Positions 50,192 to 59,933 of a stretch of 64,000 nucleotides of DNA are shown here, in pieces. Positions within the stretch are counted from its first letter, which is position 1; each line of letters opens with the position of its first letter. Made by a program: the position numbers and the translations under genes. Below the pieces are notes generated by a model that saw only the letters and a list, made by a program, of their open reading frames with translations, ran no database searches and was not told the DNA's origin. The DNA is from an uncultured Planctomycetia bacterium. Lineage in GTDB: Bacteria; Omnitrophota; Gorgyraeia; 1-14-0-20-64-10. The stretch spans positions 2,984 to 66,983 of the forward strand of contig CAYJQV010000004.1 of NCBI GenBank assembly GCA_964372395.1, written 5' to 3'.

Positions 50192-51433
50192 GTGAAGGTT
50201 TCGGTCATCCTGCCGGTGCTGGACGAAGCGGAGAACCTGCGCCGGCTGCTCCCCCAGCTTGTCGGCCGCGCCGAGGAGGTATGGGTGGCTGACGGCGGCT
50301 CCACCGACTCCACGGCTCGAGATGCCGAGGCCGCAGGCGCCCGAGTGATCCGATCCCCGCGCGGCCGCGGAGCGCAGATGAATGCGGCAGCGGCGCAGGC
50401 GACCGGGGATCTCCTGTGGTTCCTCCACGCCGATTCCGTCGTGCCGGCCGACTGGCGGCACCAGATCACGCAAGCCCTCCGGGACCCTGCGATTCTCGGC
50501 GGAGCGTTCCGTGTCCGGATTGACGCCCCCGGCCTGCCTTACCGCCTGCTGGATGCGTGGGGCCTGCTGCGGCTCAGATTCCAGCCGGGCTGTTTCTACG
50601 GGGATCAGGGGATCTTCGTCCGGCGGGAGGCGTTTGAGCGTCTCGGCGGCTTCTCCGACTGGCCGGCGCTGGAGGACCTGGACTTCTCATTTCGCTTGAA
50701 TCGGCTCAGGAGGACGCGCCTGCTCAACGCAAAAATCCTCACCTCCGCCCGGCGCTGGAAGCAGGAAGGTTGGTGGCGCACGGTGATCCAGCACAGCCGG
50801 GCGGCCCTCTCGTATCGGCCATTGACCTTGGGGATCCTGGCCAAGGCCCCGATCCCAGGCCAGGTCAAGACCCGCTTGTGCCCGCCGCTCACGCCGGAGC
50901 AGGCGGCGAATCTGGCCGGCCGGCTCCTCGCGGAAACGGTCTCAACCGCCCGGGAGCTTCCCCGGGTGCGCGTGACGGTGGTGGTGGCGCCGGATGAAGG
51001 GATCCCGCATGTCCGGGAGCTTCTCCCCAGAGCCATTCCGATGATTCCGCAGGGGGACGGTGATTTCGGCAGGAGGATGCTTCGGTTCTTTGAGTCGGCC
51101 TTCCAGGAGGGATCCCGCGGAGCCGTCATCCTGGGCGCGGATCACCCCGGCCTGCCCAAGGAGTACCTGGCGCAGGCGATCGGTTTCCTTCGGAAGGGAA
51201 GGGACGAGGTGGTTCTCGGTCCGACGGAGGACGGCGGCTACTACCTGATCGGGATGGCCCGGCTTCACCCGGAGCTGTTCGAGGGGATCCCCTGGAGCAC
51301 ATCGGAGGCGTTCCGGCTGACCTGCGACCGGGCGAAGCGCCTCGGCTTGCCGGTTGCCGTGCTGCCGTCGTGGTTCGACCTCGACCGCCCGGAGGACCTG
51401 GCCCGGTTTGCGCGGCATACCGCCGTCGGGTAG
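50192..51433 (+). CDS. fused family-2 glycosyltransferase (TIGR04283-like) / DUF2064 (TIGR04282-like) protein
   Basis: GTG start. N-terminal VSVILPVLDEAENL...ADGGSTD GT2 motifs. The C-terminal half resembles DUF2064. Confidence 0.6.
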   Translation: MKVSVILPVLDEAENLRRLLPQLVGRAEEVWVADGGSTDSTARDAEAAGARVIRSPRGRGAQMNAAAAQATGDLLWFLHADSVVPADWRHQITQALRDPAILGGAFRVRIDAPGLPYRLLDAWGLLRLRFQPGCFYGDQGIFVRREAFERLGGFSDWPALEDLDFSFRLNRLRRTRLLNAKILTSARRWKQEGWWRTVIQHSRAALSYRPLTLGILAKAPIPGQVKTRLCPPLTPEQAANLAGRLLAETVSTARELPRVRVTVVVAPDEGIPHVRELLPRAIPMIPQGDGDFGRRMLRFFESAFQEGSRGAVILGADHPGLPKEYLAQAIGFLRKGRDEVVLGPTEDGGYYLIGMARLHPELFEGIPWSTSEAFRLTCDRAKRLGLPVAVLPSWFDLDRPEDLARFARHTAVG

Positions 51434-51442
51434 AATGGCCTT

Positions 51443-51769
51443 ATGGGGATGCCGGACAAGCCGCCGCGGGCGAGGGACCCGAGGATCGCAGCGGTGGTCA
51501 ACCAGAACGGGTGCACCGGGTGCGAGGCGTGTATCACCGTCTGCCCGGTGGACTGCATCGAGACCGTGCCGGGAGCGGAGAGGCCGGGGCTGTTCAGGCT
51601 CGTGGAGATCGACCTGGACCGCTGCATCGGCTGCGGGCTCTGCCCCAAGATCTGCCCGTGGGACACGATCACGATGGAGCCGTACCCGCAGGCCAAGGAG
51701 ATCGCCCCGCTGGTCACCTTTCGCAGCGTGGTCCCCGGCCATCGGGCGGGGGTGAGCTCGCCGGTCTGA
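51443..51769 (+). CDS. 2x[4Fe-4S] ferredoxin
   Basis: CTGCEACITVCP and CIGCGLCPKICP cluster motifs. Confidence 0.8.
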   Translation: MGMPDKPPRARDPRIAAVVNQNGCTGCEACITVCPVDCIETVPGAERPGLFRLVEIDLDRCIGCGLCPKICPWDTITMEPYPQAKEIAPLVTFRSVVPGHRAGVSSPV

Positions 51770-51787
51770 CGTTTAACCTCTCACCGA

Positions 51788-52258
51788 ATGGCGACGTATC
51801 TGACCAAGGCCGGCGTGGCCAAGCTGGAGGGCGAGCTGAAGGAATTTCGCCGGCAGAAACACTCCCTGGAGGAAGAGGTACGTAAGGCCCGTGAACACGG
51901 CGACCTCCGGGAGAACGCGGAGTACCAGGCGGCCAAGGAGCGCCTGCAGCAGGTCATGGGCAGGATCGCGGATCTGCAGTACAAGCTCTCCCACGTCGAG
52001 GTCGTGGATCCCTCCGAACAGAAGAGCGATGCGGCGATCCTCGGCACCCGCGTCACCGTCAGGGATTTGAGCACCGGCCGGCAGGAGCGGTACACGCTGG
52101 TGGGGCCGGATGAATCGGATCCGGCCTCCGGCAGGATCTCCATGCTCTCCCCCCTGGGCAAGGCGTTCCTCGGGCACAAGGTGAAGGAAAAGGTGACCGC
52201 CCAGCTTCCCGGCGGGGCGCTCTCCTTCGAGATCCTCTCCATCGAGCCGGCCGGGTAG
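51788..52258 (+). CDS. greA: transcription elongation factor GreA
   Basis: N-terminal coiled coil. The ...GDLRENAEY... acidic finger. C-terminal FKBP-like domain. Confidence 0.9.
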   Translation: MATYLTKAGVAKLEGELKEFRRQKHSLEEEVRKAREHGDLRENAEYQAAKERLQQVMGRIADLQYKLSHVEVVDPSEQKSDAAILGTRVTVRDLSTGRQERYTLVGPDESDPASGRISMLSPLGKAFLGHKVKEKVTAQLPGGALSFEILSIEPAG

Positions 52259-52264
52259 CCCCTC

Positions 52265-53467
52265 TTGGGATCCCCAGACCGGAACCGGATTCTCCTGGCG
52301 GCGTTCCTGCGCGCGTTGGGAACCGGTCAGGTGGGGGTGCTGCTCGCCCTCTATCTGGCCAAGGGGGGATTGGACGCCGGCCGGATCGGTCTCCTGGTGG
52401 CGATCGGGCTGGCGGGGCTGGCGGCCGGGACCTTCCTGGTCAGCTTCTGGGCCGATCGGATCGGACGGCGGCGGACCCTCATGCTCCTCGCCGGGTTGAC
52501 TGCGCTCGGCGGTTTCGGGCTGGCCCTTTTCCCTTCGTTTCCTCTGCTGGCGGGCCTGTGCTTCCTTGGGATGGTCAACGCCATGGGCCGGGAGCGGGGA
52601 GCCCTCTTCACGCTGGAGGTGGCGATTCTCCCCGAGACCACCGACGCGGCCCACCGCACCCAGGCGCTGGCCTGGTACAACCTTATCCTGGATGTCGGGC
52701 TGGGCCTGGGTTCCCTTCTGGCCGGTCTGCCGGTTCTCCTGCGCCGCACGCTCGCTCTTCCCGAGTTGGCGTCGTATCAGTGGACCTTCGCGGGGTATGG
52801 CGCGCTGGGGATTTTGTCCATCCTCCTCTATCTGGGCCTGACACCCCGGGTCGAGACGCACGGGCCGACCCCGTGGCACCGGGTCAGCCCCGCATCCCGC
52901 AAGGTGATTACCCGCCTGTCGCTGCTCTCGGGGCTCGACAGCTTTGCCGGCGGATTCCTGCCCGCGACCCTGATCGCTTACTGGTTCTTCAAGAGGTTCG
53001 GCGCGGACGAGGCGGTCCTTGGGCCCCTCTTCCTCGTGGCCCACCTGGTGAACGCCCCGTCGTACCTGGTGGCGGCGTGGCTCTCCCGGCGGATCGGTCT
53101 GGTGAACACCATGGTCTTCACCCACCTTCCGGCCAACCTGTCCCTCATCGCGATTCCCTTCGCTCCTTCTTTTGCAGCGGCGGTCGGGCTTTATCTGGTG
53201 CGGGAGTTCCTGGTGGAGATGGATGTCCCCACGCGGCAGTCGTACATCCTGGCCGTGGTGGAGCCCGGCGAGCGGACCCTGGCGTCGGGGGTCACGAATC
53301 TCAGCCGGACCGGGGCCTGGGCGCTGGGGCCCACCCTCTCGGGATACGCGATGAAGAACCTGAGCCTGAGCATGCCCCTCTTCATCGGCGGGGGACTCAA
53401 GGTGGTTTACGATCTGTGGCTGTGGGCCGCCTTCCGGCGGCTCAAGCCGCCCGAGGAACGGCGATGA
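52265..53467 (+). CDS. MFS transporter
   Basis: 12 TM helices. Start TTG. Confidence 0.7.
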   Translation: MGSPDRNRILLAAFLRALGTGQVGVLLALYLAKGGLDAGRIGLLVAIGLAGLAAGTFLVSFWADRIGRRRTLMLLAGLTALGGFGLALFPSFPLLAGLCFLGMVNAMGRERGALFTLEVAILPETTDAAHRTQALAWYNLILDVGLGLGSLLAGLPVLLRRTLALPELASYQWTFAGYGALGILSILLYLGLTPRVETHGPTPWHRVSPASRKVITRLSLLSGLDSFAGGFLPATLIAYWFFKRFGADEAVLGPLFLVAHLVNAPSYLVAAWLSRRIGLVNTMVFTHLPANLSLIAIPFAPSFAAAVGLYLVREFLVEMDVPTRQSYILAVVEPGERTLASGVTNLSRTGAWALGPTLSGYAMKNLSLSMPLFIGGGLKVVYDLWLWAAFRRLKPPEERR

Positions 53468-53814
53468 GGATTCTCGTCGACGGGAACAACGTTCTTCCGG
53501 CGCTTGGGCTCCTGCGCCCTCCGCAGGCGGAGCAGTTCCTTCAGCAGCTGGAACGGACGGCGGCGGAGAGGGATTGGGATGTCACCGTGGTCTTTGATGG
53601 GCCGGAGCGGTTCCTGCGCCGCGAGGAGGGAATCCTGACGGTTTTTTATGGAAAGGGCAGAAGCGCGGATGCGCTGATCGAACGGATGGTGCATGAGGCG
53701 CCGGATCGCTCGCAGGTGGTGGTCGTGACCCAGGACCGGAGCGAGGCCGATCTCGTGCTGGGTCTGGGAAGCCGTGTCTGGAGCCCCAGCCGGCTGAAGG
53801 AAGAGATGGGGTAA
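53464..53814 (+). CDS. NYN/YacP-like domain protein
   Basis: MRILVDGNNV... and ...VVFDG... are NYN-domain motifs. ATGA overlap. Confidence 0.6.
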   Translation: MRILVDGNNVLPALGLLRPPQAEQFLQQLERTAAERDWDVTVVFDGPERFLRREEGILTVFYGKGRSADALIERMVHEAPDRSQVVVVTQDRSEADLVLGLGSRVWSPSRLKEEMG

Positions 53815-53844
53815 AATAGGGGCCAAAATGAGAGGGAGGTACCG

Positions 53845-54399
53845 ATGATCATGGTTTGGATCATTCTTGCAATTCTGTTGGCGGTCGTCGTCTGGGCGGT
53901 CGCGGTGTACAACGGGCTCATCCAGCTTCGGATCCGGGCGGAGGGGTCCTGGTCGGACATTGACGTCCAGCTCAAGCGCCGGTACGACTTGATCCCGAAT
54001 CTCGTGGAGACGGTGAAGGGCTACGCCGCCCACGAGAAGAGGGTCTTTGAGGCGGTGACCGAGGCGCGGGCCAGGGCGATGGGGGCGACCTCACCTGGTG
54101 CCAGGGGAGAAGCCGAGCAGGGGCTGGCGGGGGCCTTGAAGAGCCTCTTTGCCGTTGCGGAGAATTACCCGCAGCTGCGCGCCAGCGAGAACTTCCAGGG
54201 ACTTCAAGGTTCCCTCAACCAGTTGGAGGAGGCGATCCAGAACGCCCGCCGGTACTACAACGCGGTGGTCCGGGACTACAACACCAAGATCCATCTCCTT
54301 CCGGACCGGCTCGTGGCGGCCCTGGCCGGGTTCCAGACGAAGGAATTCTTCCAGCCGGACAGCGCGGAAGAGCGCAGGAACGTCAAGGTTGCCTTCTAG
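53845..54399 (+). CDS. lemA: LemA family protein
   Basis: N-terminal TM helix. ...YNGLIQLRIRAEGSWSDIDVQLKRRYDLIPNLVETVKGYAAHEK... is LemA-like. Confidence 0.85.
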   Translation: MIMVWIILAILLAVVVWAVAVYNGLIQLRIRAEGSWSDIDVQLKRRYDLIPNLVETVKGYAAHEKRVFEAVTEARARAMGATSPGARGEAEQGLAGALKSLFAVAENYPQLRASENFQGLQGSLNQLEEAIQNARRYYNAVVRDYNTKIHLLPDRLVAALAGFQTKEFFQPDSAEERRNVKVAF

Positions 54400-56062
54400 A
54401 CCGCTCCTGGCGCTGGCGACGCTGCTCCTGCTCGCGGGCGGGGCGGCAGCGTGGGAGATCGAGTCCTTCCACGCGGATCTTGCGGTGCAGCCGGACGGCT
54501 CCCTGCGAGTCACGGAGACGATCGCCGCTGATTTCCAGGGCGAGGAGCGGCACGGCATCTACCGGGACATCCCGCTGGTCAGCGAAGACCGGATGCGGAT
54601 CCGCCGCTCCATCCGGGTGACCTTCCTGGAGGCGACGGACGAGAACGGGCAGCGGTGGCCGGCGCGGCTGGAGCGGGAGGGGATCTTCCGCCGGATCCGC
54701 CTGGGCTCCCGAACGGCGACCCACAGCGGGCGAAAGAGCTTCCGGATCGTGTATCGGGTGGACCGGATCCTGCAATCCTTTCCCGGGCACGACGAGCTGT
54801 ACTGGAACGTGACCGGCAACGAATGGGCGGTTCCGATCCGGCGCGCCTCGGCACGGCTCTGGCTGCCTGAGCCGGTCGAACGGCAGCGGCTGCTGGCGAC
54901 CGCCTACACCGGCCGGTACAGCTCCACCGCGGGCGATGTGGAGATCACCCTCGAGGGGGACCGTGCCATCCGGTACCAGGCCCGTTCCGGCTTCAGCCCG
55001 CTGGAGGGGCTGACCATCGTGGCCGGCTGGCCGCCGGGATTGGTGGAGATGCCCTCGGCGCTCGCCCGCCTCCTCTGGTTCTTCCAGGACAACTGGGTCC
55101 TCTCCATTCCGCTGGCGGTGTTCCTCGTCATGCTGATCCTCTGGTGGAACTTCGGGAGGGATCTGCCGCGAGAGAGCGTCACCGTGCAGTACGAGCCGCC
55201 GCAGGGGATGACCCCGGGGGAGGTCGGCACACTTCTCGACGACCACGCCGAGCTTCGGGATGTCACCGCAGGCATCGTGGATCTGGCCCGGCGCGGGTAC
55301 CTGACCATCGAGGAGAAGAAGAGCCGGGAGTATCGTCTCATCCGGCAACCCGGCGCCGGAGACAAGGGGCAGGAGAAGCCGAAGCCGCACGAATCGCTGC
55401 TCCTCGCCCAGCTCTTCGCTGCGGCCGATACGGTGGAACTTTCCAGTCTGGAGAACCGCTTCTACAGGCACCTCCCCGAGGTCCGGAAGCGGCTGTACGA
55501 GGAGCTCACCCGCCAGGGGTACTGGGCGGCGAGTCCCGAGACAGTGCGCGGAGTTTGGCGGATTATCGCCATCGCCCTCGTTGTGATCGGCTATCTCGCT
55601 CTCGATCTTGTGCCGCTGTCCGTGGCGCTCTGCCTCTTCCTCTCGGGCGGGATCGTCTGGTGGTTCGGCCGCTACATGCCGCGCAAGACCCCCCAAGGGA
55701 TGCGGGCCCTGGAGAGAATCCTCGGGCTCCAGGAGTTCCTGCGGCGGACCGACGAGGATCGCCTCCGTCGGGAATCCGACCCCTCCGCCCTGTTCGAGAG
55801 GATGCTTCCCTATGCCATGGCGCTGGGGGTGGCGAACCAATGGGCAAGCGCCTTTGAGGAGATCTACCGAGTCCACCGGCCGCGCTGGTACTCCAGCTAC
55901 GATGGGAGCACCTTCACCCCGTCCGACTTCACCCGGCGGGTGGACCGGAGCGTTGCGCGCATGGGAACGGTTTTGGCCTCAGCGCCCCGGCACAGCGGAG
56001 GAAGCGGCTTTGGCGGCGGTTTCTCCGGCGGCGGCGGTGGCGGAGGGGGAGGGGCTTGGTAG
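54389..56062 (+). CDS. DUF2207 domain membrane protein (Gly-rich C-terminus)
   Basis: TTG start overlapping lemA. Signal or TM segment, large extracytoplasmic domain, TM helices, GGGGGGGGAW tail. Canonical LemA partner. Confidence 0.7.
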   Translation: MPSRPLLALATLLLLAGGAAAWEIESFHADLAVQPDGSLRVTETIAADFQGEERHGIYRDIPLVSEDRMRIRRSIRVTFLEATDENGQRWPARLEREGIFRRIRLGSRTATHSGRKSFRIVYRVDRILQSFPGHDELYWNVTGNEWAVPIRRASARLWLPEPVERQRLLATAYTGRYSSTAGDVEITLEGDRAIRYQARSGFSPLEGLTIVAGWPPGLVEMPSALARLLWFFQDNWVLSIPLAVFLVMLILWWNFGRDLPRESVTVQYEPPQGMTPGEVGTLLDDHAELRDVTAGIVDLARRGYLTIEEKKSREYRLIRQPGAGDKGQEKPKPHESLLLAQLFAAADTVELSSLENRFYRHLPEVRKRLYEELTRQGYWAASPETVRGVWRIIAIALVVIGYLALDLVPLSVALCLFLSGGIVWWFGRYMPRKTPQGMRALERILGLQEFLRRTDEDRLRRESDPSALFERMLPYAMALGVANQWASAFEEIYRVHRPRWYSSYDGSTFTPSDFTRRVDRSVARMGTVLASAPRHSGGSGFGGGFSGGGGGGGGGAW

Positions 56063-56586
56063 AGCTTCCGCTCCGGATCGGGGTGATCGGCTCAGGGCGG
56101 GCAAATCCCCGCTGGGATGAATGGGCCACTCAGGTCGGTCAGGCCATCGCGCAGGCGAAGGCGGTCCTCATCTGCGGGGGATTGAGCGGGGTGATGGCCG
56201 CGGCCGCCCGCGGGGCCCGGCAGGCCGGCGGGATGACGATCGGGATCCTGCCCGGCGCCGATGCGCGGCAGGCCAACCCGGACATCCAGATCCCGATCCC
56301 GACGGGGCTGGGAGAGGGGCGCAATCTCCTCGTGGTGCAATCCAGCGATGTCCTCATCGCGATCGGCGGCGGGGCCGGAACGCTCTCCGAGATCGGGTTC
56401 GCCCTGAAACTCCGCAAGCCGCTGCTGCTTCTGGGCTCCTGGAAGATCGATCTTCCGGACGGGGCGGATCCCCTTGCCGTTCCTCCCAGGGCCGTCCAAA
56501 CGCCCGAGGAGGCCGTGCGCTTGGCGCTTGATCTGGCTGGGGGTAGTAAGCCTTCGGAAAGAAGGCGCCCTTATTTATTTCAGTAA
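56056..56586 (+). CDS. TIGR00725-family (SLOG/LOG-like Rossmann fold) protein
   Basis: ...IGVIGSGRAN...LICGGLSGVMAAAARGA...IAIGGGAGTLSE... Confidence 0.65.
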   Translation: MVELPLRIGVIGSGRANPRWDEWATQVGQAIAQAKAVLICGGLSGVMAAAARGARQAGGMTIGILPGADARQANPDIQIPIPTGLGEGRNLLVVQSSDVLIAIGGGAGTLSEIGFALKLRKPLLLLGSWKIDLPDGADPLAVPPRAVQTPEEAVRLALDLAGGSKPSERRRPYLFQ

Positions 56587-56598
56587 TACATTTTTATA

Positions 56599-56627
56599 TT
56601 GACTTACTTTGTTTGAATCGGTATACT
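56599..56627 (+). promoter_or_regulatory. strong sigma70-type promoter TTGACT-N17-TATACT (vapBC), with TACTTTGT direct repeats as a candidate operator
   Basis: AT-rich island. Perfect 17-nt spacing. GAGGAGG RBS 8 nt before the ATG at 56650. Confidence 0.6.
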
Positions 56628-56649
56628 TTGTGTTGAGGAGGTGATCCTG

Positions 56650-56883
56650 ATGGTAGAGACCGCTGTTGTCACAACCAAGGGGCAGTTGGTTATCCCCGCC
56701 CGCCTCCGGCGGCGGCATCACATCAAACCGGGGACACGGGTCTGCCTCGTCGAGGAGGGGGACCGGGTGATCCTCAAGCCCCTGACGCCCGAATACTTCG
56801 AGAAGATGGCGGGCATCCTCGGCACCGGAGGCCGCGTGCTGAAGGCGTTCCTGGAGGAGAAGAAAAGGGAGCGGGAGCTGTGA
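56650..56883 (+). CDS. vapB: AbrB/MazE/SpoVT-family antitoxin (VapB-like)
   Basis: ...VVTTKGQLVIPARLRRRHHIKPGTRVCLVEEGDRVILKP is a SpoVT-AbrB swapped-hairpin domain. Confidence 0.75.
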   Translation: MVETAVVTTKGQLVIPARLRRRHHIKPGTRVCLVEEGDRVILKPLTPEYFEKMAGILGTGGRVLKAFLEEKKREREL

Positions 56884-57278
56884 GCGGGTTTGTGCTCGAC
56901 GCGTACAGCCTCTTTGTCTATCTGGAGCGCGGGGCCGGCTACGAGCAGATGGCTGCCCATTTGCAGCACGCGACCCAGGCGGATAGGGATCTTCTGCTTT
57001 GCACCGCCAACTGGGGGGAGGTGTATTACGGTTTCATGCGGGAAGCAGGCCAGGCGAAGGCGGAGGAGGTCAGGCGGATTATCGAAACCCTGCCCATTGA
57101 GATGGTTGACGCCGATCTGAATCTCGCGCGTCAAGCCGCGATCTACAAGGCTACTCACAAGATGTCCTACGCCGACTGCTTCGCCGCCGCCCTGGCGAAA
57201 GCGCACCGCGCTACCTTAGTGACTGGCGACAGAGACTTCAAGCAGCTTGAGGGCGAGATCAAGGTTCGCTGGATGTGA
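56880..57278 (+). CDS. vapC: PIN-domain ribonuclease toxin (VapC)
   Basis: GTGA overlap with vapB. VLDAYSLFVYL at the N-terminus. Acidic residues at PIN positions (D..E..D..D). Confidence 0.75.
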   Translation: MSGFVLDAYSLFVYLERGAGYEQMAAHLQHATQADRDLLLCTANWGEVYYGFMREAGQAKAEEVRRIIETLPIEMVDADLNLARQAAIYKATHKMSYADCFAAALAKAHRATLVTGDRDFKQLEGEIKVRWM

Positions 57279-57420
57279 AGCGTTAGAGAAAAAGAGAACG
57301 GGGTTATTGTGGCGCAGATTTTTGCTCCAGAAAGATACATGAGATCAGAAGAGGATGGTTTGGTTGCCGTCGCCCTTGACGCTGTGGTGAGATCAGGGGC
57401 AACCCAAGGGCGAAGCACTG

Positions 57421-57756
57421 GTGAAGAAAACCCTGGCCTTGTTGACTGGTGGGGTTGAGCAAGATGTGCCGGCTACTGGCAATAGGAAGAAGGTAGACCG
57501 GCAGACCATGGAGGGACGGATTGCTACGAGGGTCGAGAACAGTCAGGCGTACAAGAAGTATCTACAGGCCAAATCTCTCGAAGGAATAACCGAGTATGAA
57601 CTGTGCGATCTCCTTTATGCTACCCTGGAGAGTACACCGGAAACTCTCGCCAAGAACTTCGAGGTAATCGTGCAGCAGTTGCAGCGATCATCCACAAGGT
57701 CTTGTTGGATTCAAGATTCCGACGCAGATAGACCTTCGAAATTTCGCGAGCAGTAG
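57421..57756 (+). CDS. hypothetical protein (low-GC ORF, ~50% GC)
   Basis: GTG start. No recognisable domain. Local GC composition is far below the genomic background. Confidence 0.35.
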   Translation: MKKTLALLTGGVEQDVPATGNRKKVDRQTMEGRIATRVENSQAYKKYLQAKSLEGITEYELCDLLYATLESTPETLAKNFEVIVQQLQRSSTRSCWIQDSDADRPSKFREQ

Positions 57757-57792
57757 TAACGGGGGACATAAGCAGTAACCACACGGGGCACC

Positions 57793-58431
57793 ATGGTTCA
57801 AAGCAAGACGATTCGGCGACTGGAGGAGCGGATGGCGGTCGTGGAACCCGGCACGCTCCGGTACGAAACGCTGGAGGCGGCCAGGCGGTTCAAGGGCTCC
57901 TGGATCGAGCTCGGGCGCCATCTCTGGACGGTCTGGAAGGAGAAGGCGTATCGTCCCTGGGGCTACCTCACCTTCGAGGCGTACTGTGCCAAGGAGCTCC
58001 ACATCCGCTCCGCCACCGCGAAGAAGCTCCTGCACTCCTATTTCTTCCTCGAAAAGGAGGAGCCGGCCACCCTCAAGCGGCTGACCTCCGAGGCCCCGGC
58101 GGCCGCCCTGCCTTCGGCGGAGGCGGTGAATGTCCTGCGGCTGCTCAAGGGCCGGCAGGGGATTCCCGAGGGGGAGTACCAGCGGGTTCGCACGTATGTC
58201 CTGGAGGACGGCCGCGATCTCCCGCTGGTTCAGAAGGAGGTCCGCCAGATCCTGGAGGAGAGCCGTCCCGACTCGCAGGAAGCCCGGGCGCAGCGGAGGA
58301 GGGCGGTGATCCGAAGGACAGTGGGGACGCTCAAATCCCTTCGGCGCGAGCTGGCCGAGGGCGATTCCATTCCGAAAAAGCTGCTCGGCGAGCTGGATCA
58401 GCTCGTGCGAAAACTTGAGGAGGTCCTTTGA
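57793..58431 (+). CDS. hypothetical protein
   Basis: 212-aa ORF with good coding bias. No confident family. Confidence 0.4.
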   Translation: MVQSKTIRRLEERMAVVEPGTLRYETLEAARRFKGSWIELGRHLWTVWKEKAYRPWGYLTFEAYCAKELHIRSATAKKLLHSYFFLEKEEPATLKRLTSEAPAAALPSAEAVNVLRLLKGRQGIPEGEYQRVRTYVLEDGRDLPLVQKEVRQILEESRPDSQEARAQRRRAVIRRTVGTLKSLRRELAEGDSIPKKLLGELDQLVRKLEEVL

Positions 58432-58453
58432 AACTGGGCGAGGTCATTTGAGG

Positions 58454-58864
58454 ATGATCCGGAAGATCCAGTCCACCCAGGCCGGCTGGGGGGTGGCGCT
58501 CCTGAGGATGACCTTAGGTGTGCTCTTCTTCCGGGAAGGGGCGATGAAGCTCTTCGGGTGGTTTGGAGGAGGCGGTTTCGCCAGCACCTGCGCCTACTTC
58601 CGGCAGCTTGGGATTCCGTTTCCGGAATTCAACGCCGTGTGGGTGGGATCCGTGGAGCTGGTGGGGGGAGCGGCCCTGCTGGCCGGTTTCTTGACACGGC
58701 TGGCCGCCGTTCCCATCGCGGCGACGATGGGGGTGGCGATCGCGACAGCGCATCTGGCCGGCGGCTGGAGCTACCCGGCGCTGATCATCGCCTCCTGCGC
58801 AACCCTCCTGCAGGCCGGGTCCGGCCCTCTCTCTGTGGACGCCGCCCTCTCCAAGAAGCCCTGA
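58454..58864 (+). CDS. DoxX-family membrane protein
   Basis: 4 TM helices. ...RMTLGVLFFREGAMKLFGWFGG... is DoxX-like. Confidence 0.65.
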   Translation: MIRKIQSTQAGWGVALLRMTLGVLFFREGAMKLFGWFGGGGFASTCAYFRQLGIPFPEFNAVWVGSVELVGGAALLAGFLTRLAAVPIAATMGVAIATAHLAGGWSYPALIIASCATLLQAGSGPLSVDAALSKKP

Positions 58865-58867
58865 CGG

Positions 58868-59236
58868 GTGAGCCTCCCGCCCTTCGTCCAATGGATGAGC
58901 CGGCGCAACGGCGAGTCGCTCGCCAAGGCCCTCTCAAAACGGATTCAGAGATCGTCCGCCGAATCTCCGAAGCTCTCGCCCTCCGAGCACTGGGGGAGAG
59001 CGCTGGAGAGCCGGCCGGGCTGGCAGGGGATGGGGGGAGGCGCGTACCGTTTCCGGACCGGGGAATCGGTCGAGTTGAAATCCGGCAGCTCGCCCCGGGA
59101 GCTCCTGGCCCGGATCACCGCGATTGAGGTGAAGCCCCTGGCGTCGGGGATGCCGCCGGAGGTGCAGCGCATCCTGGAGGAAGAGGCGGTTTCCGCCGCG
59201 GTCGCCTGGTGGGAGGAGAATCACCGGATCCCATGA
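58868..59236 (+). CDS. hypothetical protein
   Basis: GTG-start 122-aa ORF between doxX and the O-methyltransferase. Weak call. Confidence 0.3.
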   Translation: MSLPPFVQWMSRRNGESLAKALSKRIQRSSAESPKLSPSEHWGRALESRPGWQGMGGGAYRFRTGESVELKSGSSPRELLARITAIEVKPLASGMPPEVQRILEEEAVSAAVAWWEENHRIP

Positions 59237-59871
59237 TTTCCGTTTTGGAGCCATTGGAGCTTTACGCCGAGAGGTGGACCTCTGCGGAGCCGGGAATCCT
59301 GAGGCGGCTGCGCGAGGAGACCCTCCGGACCCAGCCGATCCCTCAAATGATTGCCGGGCCGCTGCAGGGGCGCCTGCTGGCGCTGCTCGCCAGGATCTCC
59401 GGCGCGCGGCGGGTTCTGGAGATCGGAACGTTCGTCGGCTACAGCGCCCTTTGCTTTGCCGAGGCGCTTCCGGCTGGCGGGGAGGTGGTTACCATTGACT
59501 CCGATCCCTCGATCCTGAGCGTCACCCGGCGCTACTTTTCCCAGGTCCCTTACGGGAGGAAGATCCGGCTCCTCATGGGGCAGGCGTTGGAGATTATCCC
59601 GCGCCTGCCCGGTCCCTTTCATCTTGTCTACATTGATGCCGACAAGGTGAACTACGACCGCTATTACGACCTGGCCTTTCCCAAGGTTCCCTCGGGCGGC
59701 CTCATCCTCGCGGACAACGTCCTCTGGTCCGGGGCGGTGCTGGACGGCCGGGTGCGCGATCCCGATACCCGGGCGCTGCGGGCGTTTGTCCGGAAGGTCC
59801 GGCAGGACCGCAGGGTGGAGGCAATCCTGCTCACGGTGAGGGACGGGCTGCTGTTGGCCCGGAAGCGCTAG
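59233..59871 (+). CDS. class I SAM-dependent O-methyltransferase (family 3, caffeoyl-CoA OMT / YrrM-like)
   Basis: ...RVLEIGTFVGYSALCFAEAL... and ...LVYIDADKVNY... motifs. Confidence 0.8.
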   Translation: MISVLEPLELYAERWTSAEPGILRRLREETLRTQPIPQMIAGPLQGRLLALLARISGARRVLEIGTFVGYSALCFAEALPAGGEVVTIDSDPSILSVTRRYFSQVPYGRKIRLLMGQALEIIPRLPGPFHLVYIDADKVNYDRYYDLAFPKVPSGGLILADNVLWSGAVLDGRVRDPDTRALRAFVRKVRQDRRVEAILLTVRDGLLLARKR

Positions 59872-59933
59872 ATGACCAGAGACGTTCTTACGGCAGGGGC
59901 CGGGCGGCCCAAGGCGCTGGGGGAGGTCCCGGT

